A stretch of 64,000 bases of DNA from Candidatus Latescibacterota bacterium (GCA_965219455.1 OZ244744.1:3936001-4000000); one strand, 5' to 3'; positions 46,671 through 57,028 are shown, counted from the first letter of the stretch. Notes: a model not told the origin generated them from the letters alone. Numbers and translations: made by a program.

Positions 46671-49376
46671 CTATTTTCCGTAACTCAACGTTGGACCGGC
46701 CGCGACCGGGTTGGCTTTATCGGGGTCGACGCCGAGGTCCTCAATGGCATTTTCAACCTGGTCTCTCCCGATCCCGCCCTGGTTTGAGAGGGCGTGGAGC
46801 GCAGCGACGGCGATGGATTCGGCATCGACTTCAAAGTGTCTGCGAAGCGCCTCCCTGGTATCGCTCCTTCCAAAGCCGTCGGTACCCAGGGCAACCAGAT
46901 CCTGTGGCACCCAGGGTCGGATCATGTCGGGCAGGATTTTCATATAGTCGGAGGCGGCCACGACAGGACCCCGGGCGTCATTGAGTACGTCGGTTATGTA
47001 TGGCTTACGTGCCGGTTTTGAGGGGTGCAGCCGGTTCCAGCGTTCGGTTTCGAGGGCGTCTTTGCGCAGTTCCTTGTAGCTGGTGACGCTCCAGACCTGC
47101 GCGGAGATGCCGTATTTCTCAGCCAGAATTTCCCGGGCGCGGAGGGCCTCCCTGAGGATGGCGCCGCTGCCCAAAAGTTGAACGTGATGCGTTGCGTTTT
47201 CCAGGGAGCCCGGCTTGAGTCTATAGATACCTCGGATAATTCCTTCCTCGACGCCCTCCGGCATGGCCGGCATGTCGTAGGGCTCGTTTCCCAGCGTCAG
47301 ATAATAAAAGATATCTTCCTGCTCCCCGTACATGCGCCGGATACCGTCCTGAATGATGACCGCGATTTCGTAAGCATAGGCGGGGTCGTAAGTGAGCAGA
47401 TTGGGGACGGTGCTGGCCAGCACGTGGCTGTGACCGTCCTGGTGTTGAAGGCCTTCTCCGTTCAACGTCGTTCGGCCGGCCGTACCCCCCAGGAGGAAAC
47501 CCTTGCACCGCATATCCGCGGCGGCCCAGATCAGGTCGCCGATGCGCTGAAAGCCGAACATGGAGTAGTAGATGAAAAACGGGATGGTGTTCACACCACA
47601 GGTGGCATAGGCGGTGCCCGCGGCAATGAAGGAGCACATGGAACCGGCTTCGTTGATGCCTTCTTCCAGGATTTGACCTTCCCTGACTTCCCGGTAGTAC
47701 AGCAGCGTATCGGCGTCTACGGGTTCGTAGAGCTGGCCGACGCGGGAGTAGATTCCCCATTGTCGAAAGAGCGGTTCCATGCCGAACGTGCGGGCTTCGT
47801 CCGGAATGATGGGCACGATGAGTTTGCCGATTTCGGGATCGCGAAGGAGCTTGGAGAACATCCGGACGAAGGCCATGGTTGTGGAGGCCTGCCGACCCTG
47901 CGTGCCCTTCAGGAATTCGTCGAAATCGTCCAGGGGGGGAACGGCGAGTGGTCTTGTATGAACCTGCCGGCTGGGCAGATAGCCGCCCAGTTCCTCCCGG
48001 CGTCGTTTCATGTATTCAATTTCCGGGCTGCCTTCCGGAGGCCGGTAAAACGGTGCGGCGGCGACTTCGTCGTCCGAGATGGGGATGCCGAAGCGAGATC
48101 GGAATTCCCGCAGTTCGTCTTCGTTCAGCTTCTTCTGTTGGTGAGTGACGTTCCGGCCTTCGCCGGATTCGCCTATCCCGTAGCCCTTGATCGTTTTTGC
48201 GAGGATTACGGTGGGCGAGCCCCGGTGCTCCACGGCCGACTTGTAGGCGGCGTAGACTTTTTCGGGGTCGTGCCCGCCGCGGCGCATTTTCTGCAGCTGT
48301 TCGTCGGAAAGGTGGTCGACCATTCCGAGCAATTTGGGATGGTTACCAAAGAAATCTTTGCGGATGTAGTCGCCGGATTCAACTGTATATTTCTGGTATT
48401 GGCCGTCCACCACTTCGTTCATGCGCTGGACGAGTATCCCCTCGTGGTCCCGGGCCAGCAACGGGTCCCAGTCGTCGCCCCAAACCACTTTGATGACGTT
48501 CCAACCGGCGCCGCGGAATGCGGCTTCCAATTCCTGAATCACCTTGCCGTTACCGCGTACCGGGCCGTCCAGCCGCTGGAGATTACAGTTAATCACGAAG
48601 ATGAGGTTGTCCAGCTTTTCCCTGGAGGCCAGCGTGATTGCACCAAGAGATTCGGGCTCGTCGGTTTCGCCGTCGCCCATGAAGACCCAGACGTGGGTAC
48701 CGGAGGTGTCTTTGAGGCCTCGATCCTCCAGGTAGCGGTTGAAACGCGCGTGATAGATGCCCATAATAGGCGCCAGGCCCATGGACACCGTGGGGTATTC
48801 CCAGAAGTCGGGCATCAGCCAGGGGTGCGGGTATGAGGACAGCCCGCCGGGACGTCGGAGGTCTCGGCGGAAGTTCTCCAGAAACTGTTCGTCGAGCCTG
48901 CCTTCGAGGAAAGCCCGGGCGTAGACGCCCGGCGCGGCGTGCCCCTGGAAATACACCTGGTCGCCCACGAAGCCGTTGCCCCTGCCGTGAAAGAAGTGGT
49001 CGAAACCCACCTCGAGCAGCGTGGCCGCGGACGCGTAGGTGGAAATGTGGCCGCCAATGCCGTCGTATTCGCGGTTGGCGCGTACCACCATGGCCATGGC
49101 GTTCCAGCGAATGATGCTCTTGATACGGCGTTCGATTTCGCGGTTGCCCGGGTACGGGTGCTGCTGATCCACCGGAATGGTGTTGACGTAGGGCGTATTT
49201 GCGCTGAAGGGGATGACGACGTCCGCCCGGTGCGCCCATTCTTCAATTTTCTTGAACAGGAAGCGCACCCGGTTCGGTCCGTAGTTTTCCAGGGCATAGT
49301 CGAGCGATTCGATCCAGTCCTGGGTTTCGGCGGGGTCGACGTCCCGGGAAGGGGTTCGGACGACTTTATCAGACAT
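46671..49376 (-). CDS. aceE: Pyruvate dehydrogenase E1, homodimeric type
   Basis: ETQDWIESL, RWNAMAMV, GGHISTYAS, SSYPHP, GDGETDEPES, NCNLQRLDGP, GTDGFGRS. Confidence 0.97.
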   Translation of the reverse strand: MSDKVVRTPSRDVDPAETQDWIESLDYALENYGPNRVRFLFKKIEEWAHRADVVIPFSANTPYVNTIPVDQQHPYPGNREIERRIKSIIRWNAMAMVVRANREYDGIGGHISTYASAATLLEVGFDHFFHGRGNGFVGDQVYFQGHAAPGVYARAFLEGRLDEQFLENFRRDLRRPGGLSSYPHPWLMPDFWEYPTVSMGLAPIMGIYHARFNRYLEDRGLKDTSGTHVWVFMGDGETDEPESLGAITLASREKLDNLIFVINCNLQRLDGPVRGNGKVIQELEAAFRGAGWNVIKVVWGDDWDPLLARDHEGILVQRMNEVVDGQYQKYTVESGDYIRKDFFGNHPKLLGMVDHLSDEQLQKMRRGGHDPEKVYAAYKSAVEHRGSPTVILAKTIKGYGIGESGEGRNVTHQQKKLNEDELREFRSRFGIPISDDEVAAAPFYRPPEGSPEIEYMKRRREELGGYLPSRQVHTRPLAVPPLDDFDEFLKGTQGRQASTTMAFVRMFSKLLRDPEIGKLIVPIIPDEARTFGMEPLFRQWGIYSRVGQLYEPVDADTLLYYREVREGQILEEGINEAGSMCSFIAAGTAYATCGVNTIPFFIYYSMFGFQRIGDLIWAAADMRCKGFLLGGTAGRTTLNGEGLQHQDGHSHVLASTVPNLLTYDPAYAYEIAVIIQDGIRRMYGEQEDIFYYLTLGNEPYDMPAMPEGVEEGIIRGIYRLKPGSLENATHHVQLLGSGAILREALRAREILAEKYGISAQVWSVTSYKELRKDALETERWNRLHPSKPARKPYITDVLNDARGPVVAASDYMKILPDMIRPWVPQDLVALGTDGFGRSDTREALRRHFEVDAESIAVAALHALSNQGGIGRDQVENAIEDLGVDPDKANPVAAGPTLSYGK

Positions 49377-49448
49377 TAACGGCCTCGTTGTGATTTACCG
49401 TGCGCGGGCTTGTTGCTGACGGATTGATCGATGCCCCATCGGCCTCTG

Positions 49449-49477
49449 AATTTACCGGTAGACGGCTGAAAAGTCAA
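49449..49477 (-). promoter_or_regulatory. Putative sigma70 promoter of aceE-aceF-lpdA
   Basis: Minus strand TTGACT-N17-TAAATT about 70 bp before the aceE start. Confidence 0.55.
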
Positions 49478-49517
49478 CCATGATGCCCTTTTACGCCGCT
49501 TTAGCGGGCCTCTGCAG

Positions 49518-49557
49518 ACAAAAGGCCCCGGGAGGCACTCCTCCAGAGGCTTTTTGT
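49518..49557 (-). terminator. Putative terminator after the PFOR remnant
   Basis: Imperfect hairpin ACAAAAGGCC...GGAGG-CACT-CCTCC...GGCTTTTTGT. Confidence 0.45.
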
Positions 49558-49590
49558 GCAACGACCCATAACGATGTTTACGGCGTGTTT

Positions 49591-51271
49591 TCAGATGATG
49601 CCGGCCATCTCCTGGAGCATGCGCCAGTTCTGCAGGCGATCTTCCTGGGCGGCCATAAGGGTTTCGGAAGGATTTCCGTCTCTGTCGAATTGCTTGGCGA
49701 AACGACCTTCCGTCCGGGTGAAAGTAACAAAATCGATGGTTTCGCCCGTTTTGCGGATGGTATACCAGTCGTCCTTGACGGCTGGGTTGCCCTTGAGGTC
49801 CAGCCGTTCCTTGATACGTTCCCCGTTGCGTGGATCGTAGATGAAGATGGGGAAGGCCCGCGATTCCATGGCCAGTTTGGCCTGGTGCCCGGCCAGGTGG
49901 TCTCCCACCCCGTGTTCGGGCTGGCAGGTGGTGAAGACGTTGATCACGGCCGGGCCGTCGAATTCGTTGGCCGCGGCAATGGCGGGGTAGAAGTGGTTGG
50001 GCAGGCTGCAGATGGTCTGGGCTACGAAGGTGTCCGGATGCATCATACAGATCTGACCGAGTTCTTTGCGGCGTTCGGTTTTTCCGGGAACGGCAGAGCC
50101 GTGGACGGACATTTTTGTGTTCTGGCCCATGTAACTCGAGGTGGACGCCTGGCCGCCGGTGTTGGAGTAGACCTGGGTGTCCAGGACCAGGACGTTGATA
50201 TCCATGCCGGATCAGCACCCGATCGAGACCAGGCCCGCCGGAAGTTCGCCCGTTTCCTGGTCGATTGTGCTTTCGACCAGTTCCCGCGGGACTTCGAATA
50301 CTTCCCGGTAACCTCTCATGATGGCGTTTATGTTGGCTTCCACGACGCCCTCGCCCTTCTTGCCCCAGTATTTGTTGACGGCGTTTTCGACATTCACAAA
50401 CAACTCGTCTTCCGTGAGATTCAGTTCCTTCTGGAAGGGGGTGTGTCTCAGAAAGATCCCCAGAAGAACAATACCCTGGAAACGCTGCATCAGATCCGGC
50501 GACGGCGCTTCTTCCAGGGCAATTTTAACGGCATTCAGGGCGAGAGGCTTGATTCGTCTGGTTCGGAACGTCCTCTTGGCCCAACCTGGAATGTTGTCCC
50601 ATACCTTCTCCGCCTCGGTGTGGGGGCTCTGGATGAAGACCATGCCGCCGTCGACAACGCCGGCGGCATCGGCGGAGGCGGCCTTGATTTCGGCGGTAAG
50701 GGGATTGGACTGCGCAAGCGGGTTGTCCATTCGTTCCACAATGGAAATGGCCTTTGTACCCTTGAGGGCCTGCACAATTTCGACGCCCGGGAACGGGCGG
50801 AACGACGTGACGTGAAGGGCGCCAACTTTCAGCCCCTCGGTCTCCCGAAGCCAGTCGACGGCCGTGAGCGCGCGCGCACCGAGTATGAAAGACGGCGGGA
50901 AGGCATTTGCCCAAGATCGTGTAGAGCACCTCTTTCATCAGAACCAGAACCAGACCCTGACCCGAGGTGAAGTTGGTGACCCGGCCGCCGGCCACGGCAA
51001 AGCCTTCGGACGCAGAAGCCGAACTGTGTTCGGACTCGGGCTCTATGAAGACCAGGGTATCGCCCCACAGGTTGACCCCGCCGTTTGACACCACCGCGCT
51101 GTATTTCTCGCCCAGAATCGAGGAAGACGTGATGGGAAAAGTGCAGGCGCCCTGGCTGATGTGTTTTTCTACCCAGATTGCGGCATCGCCGCCGTCGCCC
51201 ACGTCGGGAAAACCGGGAAACGGAAATTCACCTGGCCGTCCGGCAATCTGTATTTTGGCGCTTTCCGCCAT
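49591..51271 (-). pseudogene. Pyruvate:ferredoxin/flavodoxin oxidoreductase remnant (frameshifted, internally deleted)
   Basis: Fragments FPITSS/ESEHS/FTSGQGL (alpha N-terminus), VTSFRPFP/VERMD (alpha C-terminus), QGIVLLG/KKG..VV..N (gamma), VLDTQVYSNTGGQ/CQPEHG/RAFP/EGRF (beta) lie in ~1.7 kb; frameshift near 50880, stop at 50212. Confidence 0.85.
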
Positions 51272-51587
51272 GGCGCTTCTCCTTTTCAGTAGACACACGG
51301 CGTAGCGGAACCTGACGCCTGTCTGTCAGCCCGATCCACGACCGGCCTTGGTGCGCTTTCGATAATATAATTAATAAGATAAACTATATTTCACAGAAAA
51401 ACGCATTCGCGACCTGTCTGCAAGCGTTGTGTTGACGTGGTCCTTCAAATGATTAAATGAATGGAACGACGCGTGCAGTGGACGGTCGTTGAATCCACTT
51501 GCCCGATTTGCATGGGCCCTCCATATTTAACGTGATTAAAGAGTCTCTTCAAAGATCACGGGAGCGAACGAAACACGGAGGCAAACG

Positions 51588-51899
51588 ATGCCTGAACTCA
51601 GGTACGACGGCGGAGATCCCGTCCGGGCGCTTGCGTTTTCCCGGGAACACCGCGCGGATATGCGGGCGTTGCGAAGGGTGTTTGTGGGGCCGGAGGGTGC
51701 GACCGTAAAGGATATTAACGGCGAAGAGATGTTTCTGGAAGGACTTACGTTGGGTCAGCCCCAACTGGAATCGCTGCTGAAGCTGGCCGGGGCTTCCTAC
51801 AATCCGTCAACGCTGCACGACGCGCCTCGCGGCCGAAGTCCGGTCAAGGAATTCGAGATTGTCAAACAGGACCCCTGGGGACACGATCGGGTGTTGTAG
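51588..51899 (+). CDS. Hypothetical protein
   Basis: GGAGG RBS, ATG start, coding-like composition; converges on the FAH gene. Confidence 0.65.
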   Translation: MPELRYDGGDPVRALAFSREHRADMRALRRVFVGPEGATVKDINGEEMFLEGLTLGQPQLESLLKLAGASYNPSTLHDAPRGRSPVKEFEIVKQDPWGHDRVL

Positions 51900-51904
51900 G
51901 CGAC

Positions 51905-52942
51905 TTAATGGCGGTTGGCTTCCAGCCATGCCAATTGGCGGTTATCAGGGAAGGGCGCGATCGAATTCCGCAGGTCGCCGATGCCGCCGAAGGACATCAG
52001 GACGGTGTCGTTAACCTGGAGGCCGTTGGGCAGGTCGGCTTCCGAAAAAACAATGGGTGTGCCCCAGTACAGCAGCTGCAGGGTCCTCTCTCGCAAGGGC
52101 AAACGACTGAAAAGAGACCGCTCCAGGTGGAAAAGCCGGTCAGGCATATTGAGATGGCTCTGACCGGTGTGGCCCGCCTTGCGGGCGATGCGTTCGTTGT
52201 CTCTCAGGATTTCGCAGGATACGGCGACGCTGGTGTCGTCGTATTCGGAATCCGTGACCAGAACCGGCCCCAGGCTGGCGCAACCGCCGTGCCAGTTCTT
52301 GGCCTGGGGAAGATTCAGCGGATTTTCGGCTTCAATACCGTTGTCGGTGTAGTCGTTGCCGCCGGTAAAGCCCAGGCGCTCGATCTGACCTCGGGTGTCC
52401 AGTCCGTAAAGGGTGACCAGTTCGGTTTCGGGCACGAGGCGGCGGGTGTTGTCCGGACGGGCGATGTGCCCGCGATGTCCGGCCAGCGCGTCCACGTCGG
52501 TCTTCGCGAAGAGTTCGGGTATGCCTCCGCGCGCGCATTCGCGGTATTTCTGATCGTACACGTTGACGGCTCCGCCGGTGGCCTCTTTCGCTTCGGCTTC
52601 CCGAAGCCTGGCGCTGTCGGCGTGGGTGACACCGGCCAGCCAGATCCGCAGTCGGTGGGGCTGTGCGGGCGGCGGGGTGACGGGAGCGATCAGGTGCGGC
52701 CGCCCCACGGATGGTCCATTATCCATAAGGTCGGCCAGGCTGTAGGAACGTGCTTTGGAAGTGTCGATGTCCGAGACAACCCGATCCAACCCCAGTGTGT
52801 CGCCACCGTGGGTAAAGTAGAGGTCGAATAATGAGGCAGGATACGGCTCGCACGCCGTGAGGTCCAGGACCATATCGCTTTCGACGAGGCCGAGACGCGA
52901 TGGGCCCGGTGCGGATGGATCGCGGAATTGCAGGAGTCTCAA
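51905..52942 (-). CDS. Fumarylacetoacetate hydrolase family protein (2-keto-3-deoxy sugar acid dehydratase-like)
   Basis: IWLAGVTH, PELFAK, VPETEL, GFTGGND, IEAENPLNLPQAK, SLGP. Confidence 0.8.
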   Translation of the reverse strand: MRLLQFRDPSAPGPSRLGLVESDMVLDLTACEPYPASLFDLYFTHGGDTLGLDRVVSDIDTSKARSYSLADLMDNGPSVGRPHLIAPVTPPPAQPHRLRIWLAGVTHADSARLREAEAKEATGGAVNVYDQKYRECARGGIPELFAKTDVDALAGHRGHIARPDNTRRLVPETELVTLYGLDTRGQIERLGFTGGNDYTDNGIEAENPLNLPQAKNWHGGCASLGPVLVTDSEYDDTSVAVSCEILRDNERIARKAGHTGQSHLNMPDRLFHLERSLFSRLPLRERTLQLLYWGTPIVFSEADLPNGLQVNDTVLMSFGGIGDLRNSIAPFPDNRQLAWLEANRH

Positions 52943-53032
52943 GGATTACACCTCCCTGGTGATCTAAGGGATGCGCGAAATGGCGTTCGTTCGAGGCAAG
53001 CCTTTCGCTGATTTCCACATTTGCCGCTTGTT

Positions 53033-53066
53033 TTTACACATAATATTGTGTAAATTTTTGTGTAAA
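53033..53066. promoter_or_regulatory. vapBC autoregulatory operator
   Basis: TTTACACA-N6-TGTGTAAA palindrome plus a third TGTGTAAA half-site just before the vapB RBS. Confidence 0.65.
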
Positions 53067-53080
53067 CACGGAGGTTTGCA

Positions 53081-53281
53081 ATGGCGACCAATCTTGCACT
53101 TGACGACGCATTGATCGAAGAAGCCCGGCGAATCGGTGGGCACAGAACGAAAAAGGCTGTTGTCACCGAGGCCCTGGAAGAGTATGTCCAGCGCCGCAGA
53201 CAGCTGCAGATACTCGGTCTGTTCAATACGATCGACTACGATCCGGATTTCGACTACAAGATGCAGCGGAATCGGAAATGA
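53081..53281 (+). CDS. vapB: Type II antitoxin, VapB (DUF2191-like)
   Basis: MATNLALDDALIEEA...TKKAVVTEALEEY; ATGA overlap with the PIN toxin. Confidence 0.9.
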   Translation: MATNLALDDALIEEARRIGGHRTKKAVVTEALEEYVQRRRQLQILGLFNTIDYDPDFDYKMQRNRK

Positions 53282-53697
53282 AGGTATTGGTCGATACCTG
53301 CGTTTGGTCCCTGTCGTTACGGCGCAAAGTCGTTTCCGAACATCGTGTCGTCGAGGAATTGGGAGAATTGGTCCGGGAAGTTCGGGTTCAACTGATCGGA
53401 CCGGTCCGCCAGGAGATCCTTTCCGGAATTCGTTCGCACGTTCAATTCGAGGGACTTCGAAGTCGTCTGCGGGCGTTTCCGGACCTGCCACTTGAAGTTC
53501 CGGACTATGAATGCGCGGCCGATTTTTTCAATCAGAGCCGGCGCCGGGGCGTTCACGGATCGAATACGGACTTCCTGATCTGTGCGGTATCCCATCGGTA
53601 CGAGATGCCGATTCTGACCACGGACGGCGATTTTTGTCGTTTCAGCGAATATTTGCCGATCGAGCTTCACACGCCGAGGTCGGAAGCAGAGGTCTAG
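53278..53697 (+). CDS. vapC: PIN-domain toxin VapC
   Basis: VLVDTCVW, QEILSG, TDFLI, TTDGDF. Confidence 0.92.
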   Translation: MKVLVDTCVWSLSLRRKVVSEHRVVEELGELVREVRVQLIGPVRQEILSGIRSHVQFEGLRSRLRAFPDLPLEVPDYECAADFFNQSRRRGVHGSNTDFLICAVSHRYEMPILTTDGDFCRFSEYLPIELHTPRSEAEV

Positions 53698-53701
53698 GAC
53701 G

Positions 53702-54250
53702 ATGCTGATGCAGGACGAGATGGCCGGGCTTGGGAAGCGTTTTCTCGCGTTGGTGATTGACATACTGATGCTGAAGCTGCTGGATCTGCCGCTTTCCCGC
53801 GCACTGAGAGAGGTCACGACCTCGCCAATTGCGGCGCTGGTTCTGGAGTACGGAATAACGCTGGTCTATTGTACCATTTTTCTTGCGCGCAGGGGACAGA
53901 CTCCGGGTAAGATTATGATGAGTCTGAGGGTTATTTCCGTGGATGGCGGCGCGATAGGCCGGGTCCGGGCTTTTGTCCGTTCCACCGTGAAATGGACGCC
54001 TATTTTCGTAATTTTAATTGTCCTGTCGGCACTGAACCCGTTTGCAGAACCTCATCAGGTGGCTTTGGGCGCCGAACGTGTCCTGACGCCGCCGGAGAAT
54101 TTCGATGCCGGAAGCCTGCATGTCTGGTCGATCGTCTTTTATTCGGGCTGGCTGCTGGGCTTTGTACTCGTCTGGATCACGCGCCGTCATCCGGACCGGC
54201 AGGCGCTGCACGATCGTGCGGCCGGCACCCTGGTGATGGCTTTGGGATAA
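53702..54250 (+). CDS. RDD family membrane protein
   Basis: KRFLALVID, GQTPGK, RQALHDRAAGT. Confidence 0.9.
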   Translation: MLMQDEMAGLGKRFLALVIDILMLKLLDLPLSRALREVTTSPIAALVLEYGITLVYCTIFLARRGQTPGKIMMSLRVISVDGGAIGRVRAFVRSTVKWTPIFVILIVLSALNPFAEPHQVALGAERVLTPPENFDAGSLHVWSIVFYSGWLLGFVLVWITRRHPDRQALHDRAAGTLVMALG

Positions 54251-54385
54251 TCGGCCGGATCTCAGAATCGTGCGGTCGGCCGAAGGAACGGTCTTCCCTC
54301 CGATCGATCGGGAACGTGAGGTGGGAAACGCAAAAACGGCTCTGGGATCGGGCCGGCTCCAGGTACTTCGTCCCGCGCGGTGCCT

Positions 54386-56794
54386 CTATTGCCGGCGTGG
54401 GAGCGATGCAATCCGGAAAATGCTGTCCCGCTTAATGATCCGGTCGGCATTCAGGTCCTTGACCGTCATGTGGAGCGAATAGCGACCCGGATCCGCGTGT
54501 CCCAGATCCAGTTCCACAAAGTCCGAGACCCAGATTTCGGCGCCGACCTGCTCGTATCGAACCTCGATGGCTTCGCCGTCTTTCCGGATTCTGGGCAGGA
54601 AGGTTCTGGGAGATTTGTCGCTTGTGGACTTGGAGATGACCTCGAACGTCACTTCGTAACGGGTGTTTCCGAAGGCATCTTTTTCCAGGTTATAGACTTC
54701 GAAGTAGACAAAGACGGAGTTGCCAACGTAGAAGGTACGGGACGGCGCCGGAAGAATATCCCAACCATGACGCACGAATTTCGGATTGGATCCTTCTCTG
54801 GCCTCCTCCACGTTCTGGGCGATCTGGATGTCGCTCATCATGAGTTCGTCGCCGCGATAGTCGGGCAGTTCCAGGGTCTGCTGGTAGACCTGGAGCATGT
54901 CCGTTTTCTTTCGCCAGGCCTCCACCGCAAGCTGGTACACGCCCGGTGCGGCGGTCATGTCAACGCGGTCGAGTGCCAGCAGGCTCCGGCCCAGGTTGGC
55001 GTCCGTGACCGGCACGGCGAGGTCGTCGCTGCGTTTGTGGAGTCGGCCTCTGCGGCTGTCGACAAGCGCGACGCGGCGATTGACAACGATGGTCGTGTCG
55101 ATGTCATCGGGCCGGGCTACATTGTCAATGGGCAGCCCTATGTTGAGTTGCAGTTCGGTTTTGCCGTCCTGCCCGCGAAAGGAAAGGGCTTCGTAATAGT
55201 AGTCCAGGGGATCCAGCGCTTCAAAGGCGAATCGTTCCGGTTCTTTACTGGCAACCCTGGACATCCGCGCCGCGGGAGAAAGCGTGTTAAGCCGGTTTAC
55301 CATGTTGCGGAACGGTCCGCCCCGGCTTTGCATGTTGTATTCATTAATATCTCCCGGGCCGAGGACGGGTTCCGGCGCGTAGTTGAAGTTGCCCGTGTTG
55401 AACTCGTCGGTGAAGGCGATTTCAATGCCTCCGTCGATATCGGCGTAGATCCAGACGGCCCATGGAACGGCGGACCAGTCGCCGCTGGACGTTATGGGTT
55501 TGTATCGTTCCAGGCCGACCGCGGTTTCGTCGATTGACTGACCGGGTTGCGAGCTTGAACGGACCTCCGAGTTGCGCCATGTATTTTCGGCGGCCTGCGC
55601 GGAGCGAATGGGGTAGACCGGACCCACGAATGTGAGGGCCAGGGCTTTGTTTCCGTAAAGCTGATGCGCCATGCGTTCCTGGACGCGCTGGACCTTCAGC
55701 GGCATCTGGGCATTGAGTTCACGCCAACTGGAACGGAAGTCCGGCTCTCCGTAGCGAATATATATCTCCCCCCGCCGGTCATACGGGAACTTTTTCTCTC
55801 CAAAAAACGTGCGGGCATACCACACCCGTCGGTAGTGTTCGGCCCGCCGCATCGCGCCGGCCGACGATTTGAAGGGATCTTTTCTGAGCCAGAAGTTTCG
55901 CAGGAATGCCTCGCGGGTTTCAGGTGTCGTCGTACGATAGGCATTCACTTCGCGTGAAAGGCCTACCAGCGAAATATCTTCAAAGAGGGCCTGTTCCTCA
56001 GGGGTGAGGCTGTCGATATACTGAAAGAAGGCCTCGAGCGCACCTTCAAAGTTCCGGTCGGCCATGAGCGCCTGGGCGACGATGGGCATGCCGCGCGAAC
56101 CCCCGAGCCGCTCCGCGATCTCCCGGGCCCTGTCGAGTTCTTTCTGTTTGAGCAGTTCAACGGCGAATTCGTAGGCTGCGGCCTGGTCGTTCGGGCGTTG
56201 TTCGAGATACTTTTTGTAAAACGTGTGGGCGGCCCGATTGTTGTTTTCCCTCTGGTAGAGTTTTGCCAGAAACAGGTATGGCGCTGCGTAGTTCGGATCC
56301 ACCTGTATACCTTTGTCCGCCGCTCGCCTTGCGGCGGTGGTTTTTCTGGAACGCAGGTAAGCGCGGGCCATCATGAAATGGGCTTCCACGTACGTGGAAT
56401 CCAGATCGACGGCCCTCTGCAGAGGAACGAGGGCGGCTCGGGGTCTGTTGCGGAGTTCGAGCAGGACCTCGCCCATGCCGAGATAGGCTCCCGCCAGTGT
56501 GGTGTCCCGGTCAACGGCCCCCTGGAAGGCGACGTCCGCGCTGTCCGCCTCCTGCAGCCGCACGTACAGGTTGCCTATACGGATCAGCATACTCGCCGGA
56601 TGGATGGCTTCGGGCAGTGCGGCGTTGAGTTCGGAGACGATTTCGCGCACGTCTTCCATGCGTTCCGTGGTTTGACCATGAGCGTAAAGGGAGTCGACGG
56701 TCGTGGGCGACAGCGAGAAAACGGAGGATGGCGCCAACAGAATGGCGATGCACATCCTGGCGACAAATATCGGAATGGGTCCAACAGGGCGCAT
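54386..56794 (-). CDS. Secreted TPR + GWxTD-domain protein (paralog of 36007..38469)
   Basis: Signal peptide after an AGGA RBS; TPRs; FWLRKDP...EHYRRVWYA...PYDRRGEIYIRYGEP; YFEVYNLEKDAFG. Confidence 0.85.
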   Translation of the reverse strand: MRPVGPIPIFVARMCIAILLAPSSVFSLSPTTVDSLYAHGQTTERMEDVREIVSELNAALPEAIHPASMLIRIGNLYVRLQEADSADVAFQGAVDRDTTLAGAYLGMGEVLLELRNRPRAALVPLQRAVDLDSTYVEAHFMMARAYLRSRKTTAARRAADKGIQVDPNYAAPYLFLAKLYQRENNNRAAHTFYKKYLEQRPNDQAAAYEFAVELLKQKELDRAREIAERLGGSRGMPIVAQALMADRNFEGALEAFFQYIDSLTPEEQALFEDISLVGLSREVNAYRTTTPETREAFLRNFWLRKDPFKSSAGAMRRAEHYRRVWYARTFFGEKKFPYDRRGEIYIRYGEPDFRSSWRELNAQMPLKVQRVQERMAHQLYGNKALALTFVGPVYPIRSAQAAENTWRNSEVRSSSQPGQSIDETAVGLERYKPITSSGDWSAVPWAVWIYADIDGGIEIAFTDEFNTGNFNYAPEPVLGPGDINEYNMQSRGGPFRNMVNRLNTLSPAARMSRVASKEPERFAFEALDPLDYYYEALSFRGQDGKTELQLNIGLPIDNVARPDDIDTTIVVNRRVALVDSRRGRLHKRSDDLAVPVTDANLGRSLLALDRVDMTAAPGVYQLAVEAWRKKTDMLQVYQQTLELPDYRGDELMMSDIQIAQNVEEAREGSNPKFVRHGWDILPAPSRTFYVGNSVFVYFEVYNLEKDAFGNTRYEVTFEVISKSTSDKSPRTFLPRIRKDGEAIEVRYEQVGAEIWVSDFVELDLGHADPGRYSLHMTVKDLNADRIIKRDSIFRIASLPRRQ

Positions 56795-56940
56795 GGATTT
56801 CCTTTCGGTTTCGAACGAACCGGAGCCGGATCGACGCATCGGGCAGTCTGCCGGAGGTGGTCGTGGATTTCCCCTCATTTTACGCCGATTCAGCCGAAAT
56901 GTTTCAAGTTTTTGCGTGCCTTGCAATATCCGCTTTCCGC

Positions 56941-56969
56941 TTGACAGTGCGGGTGGCGAAGGGTATACT
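56941..56969 (+). promoter_or_regulatory. Near-consensus sigma70 promoter
   Basis: TTGACA-N17-TATACT, 60 bp upstream of the ClC remnant start. Confidence 0.75.
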
Positions 56970-57028
56970 CACTTGTCGAAATCAGTTTCTTCCACGGCGA
57001 CCGGTATTTGCAAAAAAGGGATTTAACG

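Noticed and set aside
50212-50214. In-frame TGA between PFOR fragments as selenocysteine or readthrough
   Set aside because: It lies at a deletion/frameshift junction (RVLxSG remnant in another frame), and the gene has several other lesions.
47025-50970. Long plus-strand ORFs 47025..48836 and 49480..50970
   Set aside because: Antisense shadows of aceE and the PFOR remnant.
51433-51449. FNR-like box TTGA...TCAA upstream of the PFOR remnant
   Set aside because: Spacer is 9 nt instead of 6.
54380-55537. 385-aa plus-strand ORF
   Set aside because: Antisense to the GWxTD protein; no motifs.
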